Positions 13,207 through 25,200 are shown, counted from the whole stretch's first letter. The stretch: DNA of 63,784 bases, filler included, from Circinaria calcarea (GCA_051942165.1; 37 parts of 37 records of this genome joined end to end with filler, not necessarily neighbours in it), one strand, 5' to 3'. A program made the numbers and translations. The notes: generated by a model not told the origin, from the sequence alone.

Positions 13207-13806
13207 TTAGAAGCCGATCTTAGTCGGGAGCTTCGGGGATCTTAATCTGAACGAGGTTGGTGCAGCCTTGCGCTTTTTCGAAGATTTCAAACCGGCCGTA
13301 CATTCGAGCTGAGGCGTGGTGATCCCCGAATCGTTGAGCGTCGTGGCATCCGTAAGCGACTCAGCTCGACTGGGGACAATGGGAGCCTCCATAGTATCCC
13401 TATACTGCTTTTCGATTTGCAAGGCCATGCCTTCGCAGAACTCGCGGGCATGGGGATTTTCAGCATGGTGCTCTTTGCAGGCCGGGCAGCTGATGTAAAA
13501 GGCCTGGGTTACAGCTGGGAAGCCGAGCAGCTCATACTCTTTCAAATTCTCCCCGAGCAGTGCTGTCTTATCAAAGTCCAGGCAATCTTCGCAATACCCA
13601 CGCTCACACCAGCGGCATCGGTAAATCATACCACCCGCATCACCGGTCTTCTGCAGACAATCTGCGCACTGGTGTTGGGGACAGTGGAATTGCATTTTGG
13701 ACCTCGCCGCAGCCTTGAAATCGCGGTCCAGGCACTGGTAATGATACGATCGGGGACATCCTGAACACAGTGTCAAGTCACCACCGTCCCAACAGACCTG
13801 ACAATG
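13207..13806 (-). CDS. Last exon with a PHD finger and Cys/His-rich module, typical of a fungal SNF2/ISWI-like chromatin remodeller C-terminus
   Basis: HCQVCWDGGDLTLCSGCPRSYHYQCL..FHCPQHQCADC..CRWCERGYCEDCL..CPAC after a TAG acceptor at the contig edge. The helicase domain is not in view. Confidence 0.7.
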   Translation of the reverse strand, partial: HCQVCWDGGDLTLCSGCPRSYHYQCLDRDFKAAARSKMQFHCPQHQCADCLQKTGDAGGMIYRCRWCERGYCEDCLDFDKTALLGENLKEYELLGFPAVTQAFYISCPACKEHHAENPHAREFCEGMALQIEKQYRDTMEAPIVPSRAESLTDATTLNDSGITTPQLECTAGLKSSKKRKAAPTSFRLRSPKLPTKIGF

Positions 13807-13909
13807 CTANNNNNNNNNNNNNNNNNNNNNNNNNNNNNNNNNNNNNNNNNNNNTTAATTAATTAANNNNNNNNNNNNNNNNNNNNNNNNNNNNNNNNNNN
13901 NNNNNNNNN

Positions 13910-15399
13910 ATGTCTGTCGGGGTCGATGGTTTGCTTTGTGTGTTCTTACCGATCTCCGGTGCAATCCAATAGGCGGAGGCTGCCACCAAATAGTCATTGT
14001 TCGCTTCACTCTTCAATAGGTGGAGATCGTGTTGGAACAGTCCATCGCACAGTTTCACCACGGTTGAGCCCGTTTCGGTGCGCTCCAGTAGAACATTTTG
14101 CAGACTAAGAGCACCATGAACAACTTTATGACGATGGTAGAAGTCTAGACCTTCAATTATCTGTATGACCCATGACCTAACAGTAGTAACCTGCAACGTC
14201 CCGACTGTTCTCAGAAGGTCAGCCATGGATCCATTACCCACTAGCTCAGTCAATATACTGACATCCCAACCTCCCAGATCAGAGTCAGATTGCATGGCTG
14301 ACCTCTGAATACGAAAGTTGAGAGGCCTTAGAATGCTAGGATGTGGACCCAACTGCATCAGGGACTCCAAGTCCGACTCAAGACTCTGAATGGCCTTCTT
14401 AAACTTATCCTCCTGCTTGAAACCTAAGAGTGTGCACTGCTTCAATGCGAGGTAAGGAGTCGAGCTTCTCTGGGAACCCTTTGGACGAACCGTAAAGACG
14501 TCTGTTATTGGGCCTCTTCGATATTCAACTTTATCAAACACTACTCGAAAGGCCACAACGGAGCCCTTAGGGTCTTTGGTAGTAATCTGTCGATCGAAGA
14601 CCAAGGCATCATCTGCTTCATCAGTCGGGTCAAAGGCCTCAAATGACTGGGGCGTCTTGGGAGGCTGAATCTTGAGCTTAGCCAATCGAGTTTGTTCTTG
14701 CTCCACCATCTGTGCTAATAGGCGTTCTTCCTCTAATGCGGCTTCAACCTGCTGTCTCCGTTGCAGTTCTTGGGCCTGCTCGGCTTTCTGCTGCATTTCG
14801 GCTTCCTGGATCGCCCTCTCTTCGTCCAATGCGGGAACTCTCTGGACGTTGGTCTGTACGGAGTCTTCTAAGATGTCTTGTATAGACGTTGCTATCTCGA
14901 AGATCATCTCCGAACCTAGGAGAGTTTTTGGCTTTGACTTGAGGACTCTTTCGACCTCGGCCCTGGTCTTCTGCCTAACCCCTTCGTTATATTTTATATC
15001 ACAGCGTGGAAGAGTCTTTGGGTATGTGGTAGGTAAAGTGACTGCAAGTTCTATAGACAAGTTTCCTAACTCATCCGATGGGGCTCTTAGCTTGAGTCGA
15101 AAAGCACGATCCGCTGTTTTCTGTTGAAGACTTTTGTTAGCTCTGCCACCAGGAGGTGTACGCCCGCTATAGAATATTGAGAATTCAGATTTACAGAATC
15201 ATTTTCAGACTTTACTCTAGAGTACCTTGCGTCTTGTGGTAGTGCCCAACATGACTGCAAGTACCGCGGGCTAGTTGTCACCTACATTCCACGCTCCTGC
15301 CTTGACCTCCTCCTCCACAAAGTCTTCCATGAAGATTGAACGCAAAACATCGATCTCATTCTGCTGAATCTCCAAATAGTCCGTAGTTTGCTGTGCCAT
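13910..15399 (-). CDS. GCN2: eIF2-alpha kinase Gcn2, N-terminal RWD and pseudokinase domains; intron 15121-15285
   Basis: MAQQTTDYLEIQQNEIDVLRSIFMEDF..GAWN|K, YPKTLP, GSEMIFEIA, a charged coil, then a degenerate kinase (GLDFYHRHKVVHG, YWIAPE). Confidence 0.92.
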
Positions 15400-15645
15400 C
15401 AGAAAAAGCACTGATGCGCTACACTCTACGAGTGCTACATGATTACGGTTGTTGCCGTATCAGAGTCAAGTAGAGATGTCTCCTCAATTATAATCATAGG
15501 AAATCCTTAACCTAACCCTCGTGCGAAAAGGATTGCTTGCAGCGTNNNNNNNNNNNNNNNNNNNNNNNNNNNNNNNNNNNNNNNNNNNNTTAATTAATTA
15601 ANNNNNNNNNNNNNNNNNNNNNNNNNNNNNNNNNNNNNNNNNNNN

Positions 15646-16231
15646 CCTCGAACTACCACATGCTCCATTATCAGTCGCCATCACCTTGTCCGGCCAAGTC
15701 TTTACCCATGATTCCCACCCCGCCTTGCTCGGTACCAGCACTTTCGATTCCGATATCGGACAAGCTGTCACCATCTCTGGCATCCCCACACTCTCCCCAT
15801 CACAAGCCGGCCTGGTTCTCGGTAGCACAGAAATTGTTGTCAACGGTCAAACCTTCACCGTAGCCCCGACAGGGTTTGCTGTCGATAGCATGACCCTCTT
15901 ACCCGGAAGCCCGGCCATTACCATCTCTGGGACCATTGTCGCTTCGCTTGATGCGGAGGGGACGGACCTGGTAATTGGGACCCGCACGATTTCTCTACCC
16001 AAGACGACGGCGTCGGTTGGACTAGGCGGCCTGATCATGAACGGGTTTCGGCCGATTGGAGAACCTAGCTCGTCTCCAATAGCAACTACGGCGAAAAGTA
16101 ATACCACCACTAACGACGGAACGATCATGCCCTTTTCCGGCAACGGAGGGAGAAGAGCCGGAATCAGATGGGGGCAACTTGGATTCTCGGTCGTGGGAAT
16201 TATATTCGCCTCGGGGATGGAGCTACCCTGA
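15646..16231 (+). CDS. Ser/Thr/Gly-rich cell-surface protein, C-terminus, probably GPI-anchored
   Basis: Repeated beta-rich units (AVTISG, GQTFT, PAITISGT, LVIGTRTI), GLGGLIMNGF, and a hydrophobic tail after FSGNGGRR. Confidence 0.7.
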
Positions 16232-16763
16232 TGATAATACCCGAACCCAGGCTGAATAAAAGACAATGACCTTCTTGTCGTAAACGCCCCCCGGCACCCC
16301 CCTCCTCCCCTTCTCCGCTTGGGGGGGTTATCTCTTTTTGCTATTTGTTGGAATGTGAAGGAAAAGCACTGAAATAATGCAGAACGCTCTGGGAAAAAAA
16401 TTATGCGTATTCTATGCAGAGCATTCCCGCAGGGTTCTTTCAAAGCCCTCTATTTATATATTTACTATATTTCGTATCAAATTAGATAAAAATAATAAAA
16501 TTATAATTATTATCATAAATAACAGATATAAAAACCCATAGTATTAATTCGATAGATATAGCTTTCAATCCAATTCAAATCTTTTCCCCCTTTTTTCAAA
16601 CACTCGGGGCACAAAATGTGACCGTAGGCAGTGTTTTTTATTTAGAAAAGAAAGAAATAAAGATAAAGAAAAAATCTATCATTGAGATCTTTTCATCTTT
16701 TCATCTTTTATTTTTCATTTAATATTAAAAACGAAAATGGAAACGGAAAAGGGAGAAACTAAA

Positions 16764-16983
16764 TGTAAGGATCCTTTACGAATAATATAACGATCTTGCG
16801 ATAAGGGTCGGTAAACTGTGTGATAATAAGCTCAATGGGTTCGCGTAAGCGTATGAATTATTGCTAAAGAATTCTGGTGTAACGCTTCGCGAGGAAAACC
16901 CTTCTCGCTAAGCTTATACCCCGTGACCTCGGTGTATAGTTCATTTATAGGGTTCGTAGGGGTTCTGGAGTAGAGCCCTTACA
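16764..16983. mobile_element. 220-bp retrotransposon LTR (TGTAAGG...CCTTACA), copy 1
   Basis: TG..CA ends with a 7-bp terminal inverted repeat. Colinear reverse-complement homolog of identical length at 45239-45458. Confidence 0.85.
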
Positions 16984-17376
16984 TATCCGTCCGAGCCAGT
17001 CAGTTCAGTCGTTCGTGTAATGGCGCCACCGGTCGTAATCAGTACTACGCGTACCAAGGGTATTCAGGAGGATGATCCAAGTGATCCCTTATATAACATA
17101 TAGGATCAATAGGAGCACTAATGATTTAAGTGATCCGGTTGATCTGATTATAGAATAATAAGATTATAGAGATTACTTTTAAAACCTTTATTAAAAAAAG
17201 GGTATATAGGCATAATCTTTTCCGTAGTATTTAACCTATATAGTTAAGATTTTATAAATAATTTATACACCGAGATNNNNNNNNNNNNNNNNNNNNNNNN
17301 NNNNNNNNNNNNNNNNNNNNTTAATTAATTAANNNNNNNNNNNNNNNNNNNNNNNNNNNNNNNNNNNNNNNNNNNN

Positions 17377-18914
17377 CGATGCAAAGCAGGATGAGCGCCA
17401 ACACCGTGAACACGCAACGAATGAAACTTCTACTAAGCTTATGTCACAGATACTCGACTGGTTGCATGGGGAAAAGGAGAAGCGGTCGCGAAAGAGGCGA
17501 TCGAAGTCGCACCACCCTGACCATCATCCAGTGGAGTCATCTGCGTTGACAAACCACAAGGTTGAACACATAGAAAGCAAGGGACACCAAAGAATGCATT
17601 CTTCAGAACTTTCGGATTCAGGAATCGCCCTGGAAGAACTAGAGCAGATTCTGGCGGAGAACATGGTTATAAACCGTGACAGCCTCAAAACGCCTACTAA
17701 AGACCGTCGTGGATCTTATTTCCCTCGGAGAAGCTCGTCCAATCGAAACTTCAGAAAAGGGTCTGCAGTGGTATCTTCAGATACAGACTACGTTGATGGC
17801 GATGCCGTTGTACCGTCAGCTGAGGTAGTCTTGGATAACTCGAAGACTATGAGTTATGGTGGTGGAGCGGCAGATAGCGATGCTGATCTTACAGCTTCCA
17901 ACAAACGTGCCAGCAAAGAAAAGGAGGCATGGTTTGCCTTTAAAAGCGAGATCGTACGGTTAACTCATACTCTGAGACTGAAGGGCTGGAGGAGAGTCCC
18001 GTTAGATCGTGGTGATGATATTGAAGTTGAACGCCTTAGTGGAGCCTTGACGAACGCTGTTTACGTCGTTTCACCACCCAAAGATCTCCCACATACACCG
18101 AGGAATGATATTTCCACGTCGCTTGCGCCGCAGAAATCACCACCGTAAGTATTATCGGGGATCGTCATAGAGTGTTCACTGACGGTCGGTAGTAAGCTCC
18201 TGCTTCGTATCTACGGCCCACAAGTAGAACACCTAATCGACCGCGAAAATGAGCTACAAATCCTCCGCAGGCTCGCTCGCAAGAAAATCGGCCCTCGCCT
18301 TCTTGGGACCTTTTTGAACGGGCGATTTGAGGAATACTTCTACGCTCGTACCCTAACAGCATCAGATTTGCGTGTTCCCGAGACCTCCAAACAGATTGCC
18401 AAGCGTATGCGAGAATTACATGATGGGATTGAGCTGCTCGAGGAAGAAAGGGATGCTGGTCCTTTTGTGTGGAGAAACTGGGATAAGTGGGTTAGCCACT
18501 GTGAACAAGTGATTTCGTGGCTGGACGACCAAATCCTATTTGGCAAGCAAGGCCCCGCGAAATCCAGTTCGGACCAGTGGAAGAAGCGAGGTTTGATTTG
18601 CGGTGTCGAATGGTCCGTATTCAGAAATACAGTCGAGAAATACCGTGCGTGGTTGGAAGATCAGTATGGGGGCATGGCCAACTTGCGAAAGCAACTCGTT
18701 TTTGCACACAATGATGTAAGCATATGAACTTGAAGGAAGCCTTCTGTAGGATCCTACTAAACCTGATCAGACCCAATACGGCAACCTCCTCCGCCTCACC
18801 CCAAGCGGCGAATCCCCTTTACTTCTCCCAGCAAACGAGCACAAGCAGCTGATAGTCATCGACTTCGAATATGCCTCCGCCAACGTCCCCGGCCTAGAAT
18901 TCGCCAACCACTTC
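17377..18914 (+). CDS. CKI1: Choline/ethanolamine kinase, partial; introns 18145-18192, 18716-18770 and from 18915
   Basis: RLSGALTNAVY, KLLLRIYGPQVEHLIDRENEL, LGTFLNGRFEE, FAHND|TQYGNLL and VIDFEYA. Confidence 0.93.
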
Positions 18915-18924
18915 GTAAGTTCCC

Positions 18925-19007
18925 CCTCCCTTCCTCTTCCCTTTCCACTTTCCTTCCCCTCTCCCTCTCCCTCTCCCTCTCCCTCTCCCTCTCCCTTCCC
19001 CTCTCCC
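18925..19007. repeat. (CCCTCT)n pyrimidine microsatellite in an intron
   Basis: Read directly; the contig breaks within it. Confidence 0.9.
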
Positions 19008-19107
19008 NNNNNNNNNNNNNNNNNNNNNNNNNNNNNNNNNNNNNNNNNNNNTTAATTAATTAANNNNNNNNNNNNNNNNNNNNNNNNNNNNNNNNNNNNN
19101 NNNNNNN

Positions 19108-19435
19108 TACATAGGGTGTAGTTGAACTGTTGCCCTAGGCTCAATAGTATGGAGTCTATTGAACACGGTCTATAAGCATGCTATTCTAAAGAGCGGGAAT
19201 AGCCTGCTATATATAATGTCCTGCTCATTTCTGCTCATGCCCTGAGCATCCATGAGCACTGGTCCTGCTCATCTCTGCTCATGCCCTGAGCACCCATGAG
19301 CACTGGTCCTGCTCATCTCTGCTCATGCCCTGAGCACCCATGAGCACTGGTCCTTAGTTCGCCCGTTCCGGTACTATCCTTTCCTGGCTAGTGCATGTCA
19401 TGGTGCTGACGCCATAACACCTCCGCCCCACTTCT
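19108..19435 (-). mobile_element. Partial LTR starting TGTTATGGCG at 19419, preceded by a polypurine-tract-like sequence (AGAAGTGGGGCGGAGG)
   Basis: TG start next to a purine tract. The same CGCCATAACA terminus and TGAGCAC motifs occur at 34655-34792. Confidence 0.6.
19218..19354. repeat. 3 x 44-bp tandem repeat, each unit internally palindromic
   Basis: Units start at 19218, 19262 and 19306. Core: TGCTCAT-ctc-TGCTCA-tgccc-TGAGCA-ccc-ATGAGCA. Confidence 0.95.
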
Positions 19436-20275
19436 AATAGCGGCAGCAGTGGTACGGCATTCATCTGCTGCGGGGGGCCAGTATAAAGAACCCGCTATCG
19501 TACGAAACACAGCTCGATTAGATTAATAAAGTATTTAAAGGGATAAATCTGGTTTAAAAAAAACCCATAAAGAACGTGCGGAAGGGGCCAAGCAGGCCGA
19601 GATCAACGGCGTTGCCGAAAAATAAATCCGTCGCGCTGGCTGGTAGAATAATAACACTTTAATAAGCTATTACCTCACCTAGATCCCTCGGAAGTTCGTA
19701 CGGAACATAACGGGGTTTAACCCTTCCGTACCGAGTAACTATTATTACCCCGGGCCAAAATCGTGCCCCCTACGTCTCTAGAGCGGGCCGTTTAGCCGTG
19801 GGTTGATATATAATTAATATTTTTTAACTCGGACGAAGATTTCTCTAACCTTTCTAATAATCAGACTAAGTCTCAGCCCATGAACTTATTTAAAGAAAAC
19901 CGTAAGAACTTAACTATTCAAGAATTCTTACGTTTATTTATATAGCTCCGTATAATTTTCTTTTAAAACTCAATTATTATGCGCCGTGAATTCCCTGACC
20001 ACCCCATATAAATTAACCCCGTTTTTATACGGGAAGATTATCAGCGGTTCGCCCATAAAATCGAAGCTTGCCCTGAAACGAAGTGAAACGAAGCGGAAGG
20101 GTTTAACTTCGGCGCAAGATTTTCCGAACCGAACCAAAATTTTGCGGTGTTCTCACTCTGGCCGCAAAAATTACCTTATTAGGTTTAGCTTACTGCTCGA
20201 TCAGGCCTAGTACTTCGCTCAATCGAGCCTAGTTTTTCGCTCGAATAAGAAAAAAATCTACTACATTTAGCGTAG

Positions 20276-20738
20276 CGTACTAACTTTTATGCTGAGCTTA
20301 TGCTATTTTATGCTTCTTATTATACTATGCTATGCTGCGTGCTATGCTATATTACGTGCTCTTTCCATGCCATGCTGCGTATTATGCTATGCTGCGTGCT
20401 ATACTACGTGCCATTTCCATGCCATGCTGCGTATTATGCTATGCTGCGTGCTATACTACGTGCCATTTCCATGCCATGCTGCGTATTATGCTATGCTGCG
20501 TGCTATGCTACGTGCCATTTCCATGCTATGCCGCCAGCTATGCTATGCCGCCAGCTATGCTATGCCGCCAGCTATGCTATGCCGCCAGCTATGCTATGCC
20601 GCCAGCTATGCTATGCTGCGTGCTACGCTATGCTGCGAGCTATGCTATGCTGCGTGCTCTTTCTATATTATACTGCGTGCTCTTTCTGTATTATACTACG
20701 TGCTCTTTATATATTATGCTCCATACTATATTCCGTTC
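20276..20738. repeat. Hierarchical TATGC-based minisatellite (52-bp unit x ~3.5, then 17-bp unit x 5)
   Basis: 52-bp period at 20376/20428/20480. CCGCCAGC at 20531, 20548, 20565, 20582 and 20599. Confidence 0.95.
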
Positions 20739-20838
20739 NNNNNNNNNNNNNNNNNNNNNNNNNNNNNNNNNNNNNNNNNNNNTTAATTAATTAANNNNNN
20801 NNNNNNNNNNNNNNNNNNNNNNNNNNNNNNNNNNNNNN

Positions 20839-22070
20839 TGAAAACCGTCATACAGTCCCAACAGAAATGCATGCCACAACCTCCACATTGGGTATGTCGA
20901 CATCCATCGACTTTGTCGAGCGCAGTTCCACACCAGGTGCAGTCCTTTATCTTGTTTTCATCCTTCCATCTTACGAAGGTAACGTGACTGCTAAGAGACT
21001 TTCTGTACTGCTCGCATGTGAGCTCTTCATGGAACGCTGATCCGCATCGTGTGCAAATGCGAGTAAAGCATGTTGAACATGTCATTGGCAAGCTGCTGTT
21101 GGTCCTGGAGTATACAGTATCGCAACCTGGCTGGGGACAGTAGTGATAGGCTGAAGAATTCTGGCGGATGTACGCCGCAAACGATTTCCGCAACAGCTTC
21201 TCGAAATCCAGGGGGCAAAGCCCGTTTTGAATATCTTCTAGGCTCAGATACTCGGAACAGGAACCGTCCAATCCGTGGCATTGCAATGGAATGTGGCCAT
21301 CCAGAGCAGTACAGCATTGTTCCACAAAGCATGCCCTGCAATAGACGTGGTTGCAATGGGTGAAGTAAGGGTCCTCGACCTCGCACAGGCATACGGGGCA
21401 TACCGGAGAAGTATTGCCAATGCTTTGAACGTCCTTGTCGTGGTCATTGTGTTCTTCATATGTTGTAGTAACAGAGAGCTGGTTCCAGTCCAGTAAGGTG
21501 TGGCGCCAGATTTGCTGCCATTGCCTTTCTTCTTCAATCTTCTGAACGAGGTCCAGGAGACAGCTGTGTCTCTGTTGCCACTCCCCAAACAGAGCTAAAC
21601 GATTTCGAGTCATATCAACTCGTATATAGATTCCATGCTGTTGCGCTAGGTCCTCCAGGTAAGTCAAGCCCATGGTAGTCCCGAAAGACTCATGCCAAAC
21701 GAGCTTTTTGTCCGAGGTAGCAATAAATCCTCGCACATATTCATCAATCAGCCTCTTAACGACTGCTATCCTCTTTAGTTCTTCGCCACGAAAACGAAGC
21801 TGGACTTTCCCAGTAACGTCAAAGCTTATTTCTTTCTTGATATCGAGTTCAGCCAAGGAGCGGAACCTTTGGACTACCTCATGTAAACGCTGTTCAATGG
21901 CCTTATAATGAGATAGTGAAAGCCGGTAAGTAAAGCTAACGTGTACCGATCGATGGGAATCTGAGCTCTCAGAAACCTGAAGCTCAACATCGGCGCCTGA
22001 GGACAGAGAAGGTAAGACGGCTACTACAGCAGCTCCATGCCCAAACTTGACCAGAGCTCCTGCCAAATCC
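20839..22070 (-). CDS. RBR-type (RING1-IBR-RING2, Ariadne-like) E3 ubiquitin ligase, internal exon
   Basis: CPVCLC..CNHVYCRAC, CPQPGC..CSTC..ICTRC..FHEELTC and CTWC..KVDGCRHTQCGGCGMHFCWDC. CTAAC..CAG acceptor upstream. Confidence 0.88.
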
Positions 22071-22819
22071 CTGGTACATTGCTTGGGTTTGGTTAGCCGG
22101 TTGCTTCTTTCTTAAAGAAGAATTTGGTACTTGCCATATTGCTCAATTCGACTGAATTTCATAGAGATAGGCCCTGTGTGAACTTATCTCAATTATGCCG
22201 AACAAACTCACATATGCAGAACTATCCTACCAGGTAGCAACAGGCACTTTGTTCACAGTATCCTTCTTTCCTCATTCCCTCGAAATAAATCTCGGGTGGA
22301 GTCCTATAGTTTGCAGCAAATGCACGAAAATGTGAATGCTCTTTAGAACTTGAAATGCTAGTGGTGAATTCGTATGAATATAGGTGGATGCAGATAGACA
22401 ACCTAATCTGGGTGTCGTGGGAAGAATCAAACAGCCCTCGAGAGAAGCAAGTGTGAATATGTTTCGGANNNNNNNNNNNNNNNNNNNNNNNNNNNNNNNN
22501 NNNNNNNNNNNNTTAATTAATTAANNNNNNNNNNNNNNNNNNNNNNNNNNNNNNNNNNNNNNNNNNNNGTTCGGACCGCATTTGTAAGGACCCTCTTCCC
22601 CTAGATCTTCATCCTTGATATGTGCAGGCTGTATTGCGGAGCTGTTGTGTCGGTTGACTGTGGCTTCTCCGCACACTTGATAAGCTTCACGGTACTCTCT
22701 TTGATAGACACAGTCATTGTCCGCCACATTGATCTTGTCGGTGCTGCTGCTCGTTCGCGGCCTTGTTTGCCCCTTCAAGGACGCGAGCAGCTGTGCTAAC
22801 GGTCTCAACATCCGAAGAT

Positions 22820-23945
22820 ATGAACCTTTCCAACCTGGTACATGACAACCGCCACCACCCGCAACAACAATCTCTATACTCGCAACGGGGTCAACGCACA
22901 CCCGCCCCACAGCCTAGAGCTCATGAAAGTTACCACCAGGATATGGCATCTGCGCTTGTACAGAAACCATACACAAATCAATCATCAATCAAGTCCGGCT
23001 ACTCGAGTTCACCAAACCCCCCTCCATCCCCGCCAGTAGAGGATCCACACAGCAAGTGCACATTACCTTCCATCTCGAGCCTGATCGGGATGGCCGATAA
23101 CTCAGCCTCCTCAACACCAGCGCCTCATGGTGGTAGGTCTACACCTGCCCTCGGGCACAGCAGCGAGGCTTACATTCTCTCTAGCTGACGCAGAGCCTCA
23201 ACACCCTCTCCAGCAGCAGCAAGTGGGGCAGGAACACATGCAAGACTCCCGACCTTATTCATACGGTCAACCTGGCGTGAGCATCCCCCAAGTTTTGCCG
23301 CCAACTCCTCCACTACGGCCGAATTCCGGGTTTGACGAGTCACATCAGTCTCCGTCCGCGAATTCTACTCATTCATCCTACAACGGTAGCGCAATCAACA
23401 ATGTTGAGCCGCATCAGCAGCGTCAACCTCCACCTCCATCCATGGAGCCGTATCCAATGCCGCGACATCCATCCCAATCCCCCTACACCAATTCGCCCTA
23501 TGCGCCATCTCCGAGCGGCATGTCGAGTTACTCCTATCCTTCTCCGGCGCAACAACCTGGGCCGCAAGTTGGTATGTACTACCAACGATCTATTCCTTCA
23601 GCAACGTATCCACCACCCGATCTGCCTGTTGGAATGACTCCTTTGCTATCCAACTCGCACAATGCTTCTCCGATCGATCATACCAATCCGTGGCAACATC
23701 ACCACTACATCTCGCCAGCATCGTCGGCTGCTTTTGCGGGGCAATCGCAAGATCGTTACATCTGCCAGACGTGCAACAAGGCTTTTTCACGACCTTCGAG
23801 TCTGCGAATACACAGCCATTCTCATACTGGGGAGAAGCCTTTCAAATGCCAGCATGCTGGATGCGGAAAGGCGTTTAGCGTTAGGAGCAATATGAAGAGA
23901 CACGAACGAGGATGCCATAGTGGCGGAAGTCCCGGCAGCTCCTAG
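22820..23945 (+). CDS. mtfA: C2H2 zinc-finger transcription factor, MtfA-like; intron from 23133 to 23184 or 23193
   Basis: MNLSNLV start, LPSISSL, LPPTPPL, WQHHHYI and DRYICQTCNKAFSRPSSLRIHSHSHTGEKPFKC..CGKAFSVRSNMKRHERGCH. Both acceptors keep the frame. Confidence 0.85.
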
Positions 23946-24297
23946 GTTCCAGCCAAGGACGAGGAATATCGAAAGCTGTTGATATTGTACCAATCACCGC
24001 CTTGCACATATACCAACACCCGAACAACCACAATTCTGGAAATAAACAAAAGCACACAGAGATGAGTTCGTCCGTACACCTTAATGTCTAAGTACTTAGT
24101 CATTAGCGGCGTTGCTACATCTGCGAATTGTTCATTATACCCCCTTTTGCGAATTTCGGGCGTTTCCCCTGTTCGGCTGCTTGTTCTCTGTCGGGGGNNN
24201 NNNNNNNNNNNNNNNNNNNNNNNNNNNNNNNNNNNNNNNNNTTAATTAATTAANNNNNNNNNNNNNNNNNNNNNNNNNNNNNNNNNNNNNNNNNNNN

Positions 24298-24732
24298 CAC
24301 GGATCCAACCCAAGAGATATCAGATAGAGAATGCTCGAGTGTCGAAACATAATATGTCTGAAAGACACCGAACGAATTAATGTAACCCCAGGTATTAAAA
24401 ATAACCAAGTGGGCAACGAGGGCTTGAGTCCAAGCTACGAGACCTCCATCAGGCGGTGGGCCAGGATCAGCAAGGCCCAACTCCACTGCGATTTGTTTTT
24501 CGGGAGCAGAGCTGTCTTTCTGAGTCTGCTCTTCGAAGCTGAACTCGGTGGAGAGAGTAGGGTCTGCGCCATTATAGTCAGCGGTTGCAGAAGCTGGGTG
24601 ACGGTTATTTTTCTCGAAGCCCATATCAGAACTTGGTTCATTCCGAGCGCTGGTTTTGGTTGGTGGAGGACGGCCGGACGACTGGTGATTGGCTGGCAAC
24701 AAGGCCCCGGCTTGTTCCTCTTGCGCCTCCAT
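24298..24732 (-). CDS. MFS monocarboxylate-porter (MCH-like) transporter, N-terminus
   Basis: PPPDGGLVAWTQ..FNTWGYINSFGVFQTYY..SDISWVGSV. Confidence 0.9.
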
Positions 24733-25200
24733 TGGCTAAGGAAGTGAGCGTGAAGGGGAGTACTCCGTATAAATGCTTAAAAGCGTCCTTAGGCGCGACA
24801 AGTATGGACTTGTGAAAATTGGAAGAAATAGTAAGAGTAAGGCAACATGATTCTGACTCATCCACATTCCGAAGAACCAGAGCAGAGCAGAGCAGAGCAG
24901 AGCAGCGGGAGTTAATGCCCTTCGTCATTGCGTCGAGCTGCTACGTTGAGCAGGCAGCTTGTCGATCCCTCATTACTCTGCATCGATTATTGCGATTTCG
25001 GAATTCACCTCGGCCTCGGCCCGGCCTCGGAATTCATCTCGGAATTACCGGACTTGGGATTTGAAGTCCTGTTCAGCTCTCGCACCGAACATTTATCGCA
25101 TTTCCAAAGCTTCGAATTTTTCCTGCAGCGCATCCAACCTCGACGCGAAGCCAGGTACACCGAGGGCGGCAACCCTCTCGGAAAACCACGATTATCAAGT

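Noticed and set aside
15121..15285. Long GCN2 intron as a snoRNA host or stwintron
   Set aside because: No properly spaced C/D boxes or nested splice signals could be identified.
19218..19354. Palindromic repeats as a CRISPR array
   Set aside because: The units are contiguous with no unique spacers, there are no cas genes, and the context is eukaryotic.
20289..20794. Three overlapping Cys/Tyr-rich ORFs (metallothionein-like)
   Set aside because: They are translations of a stop-free minisatellite whose units are not multiples of 3.
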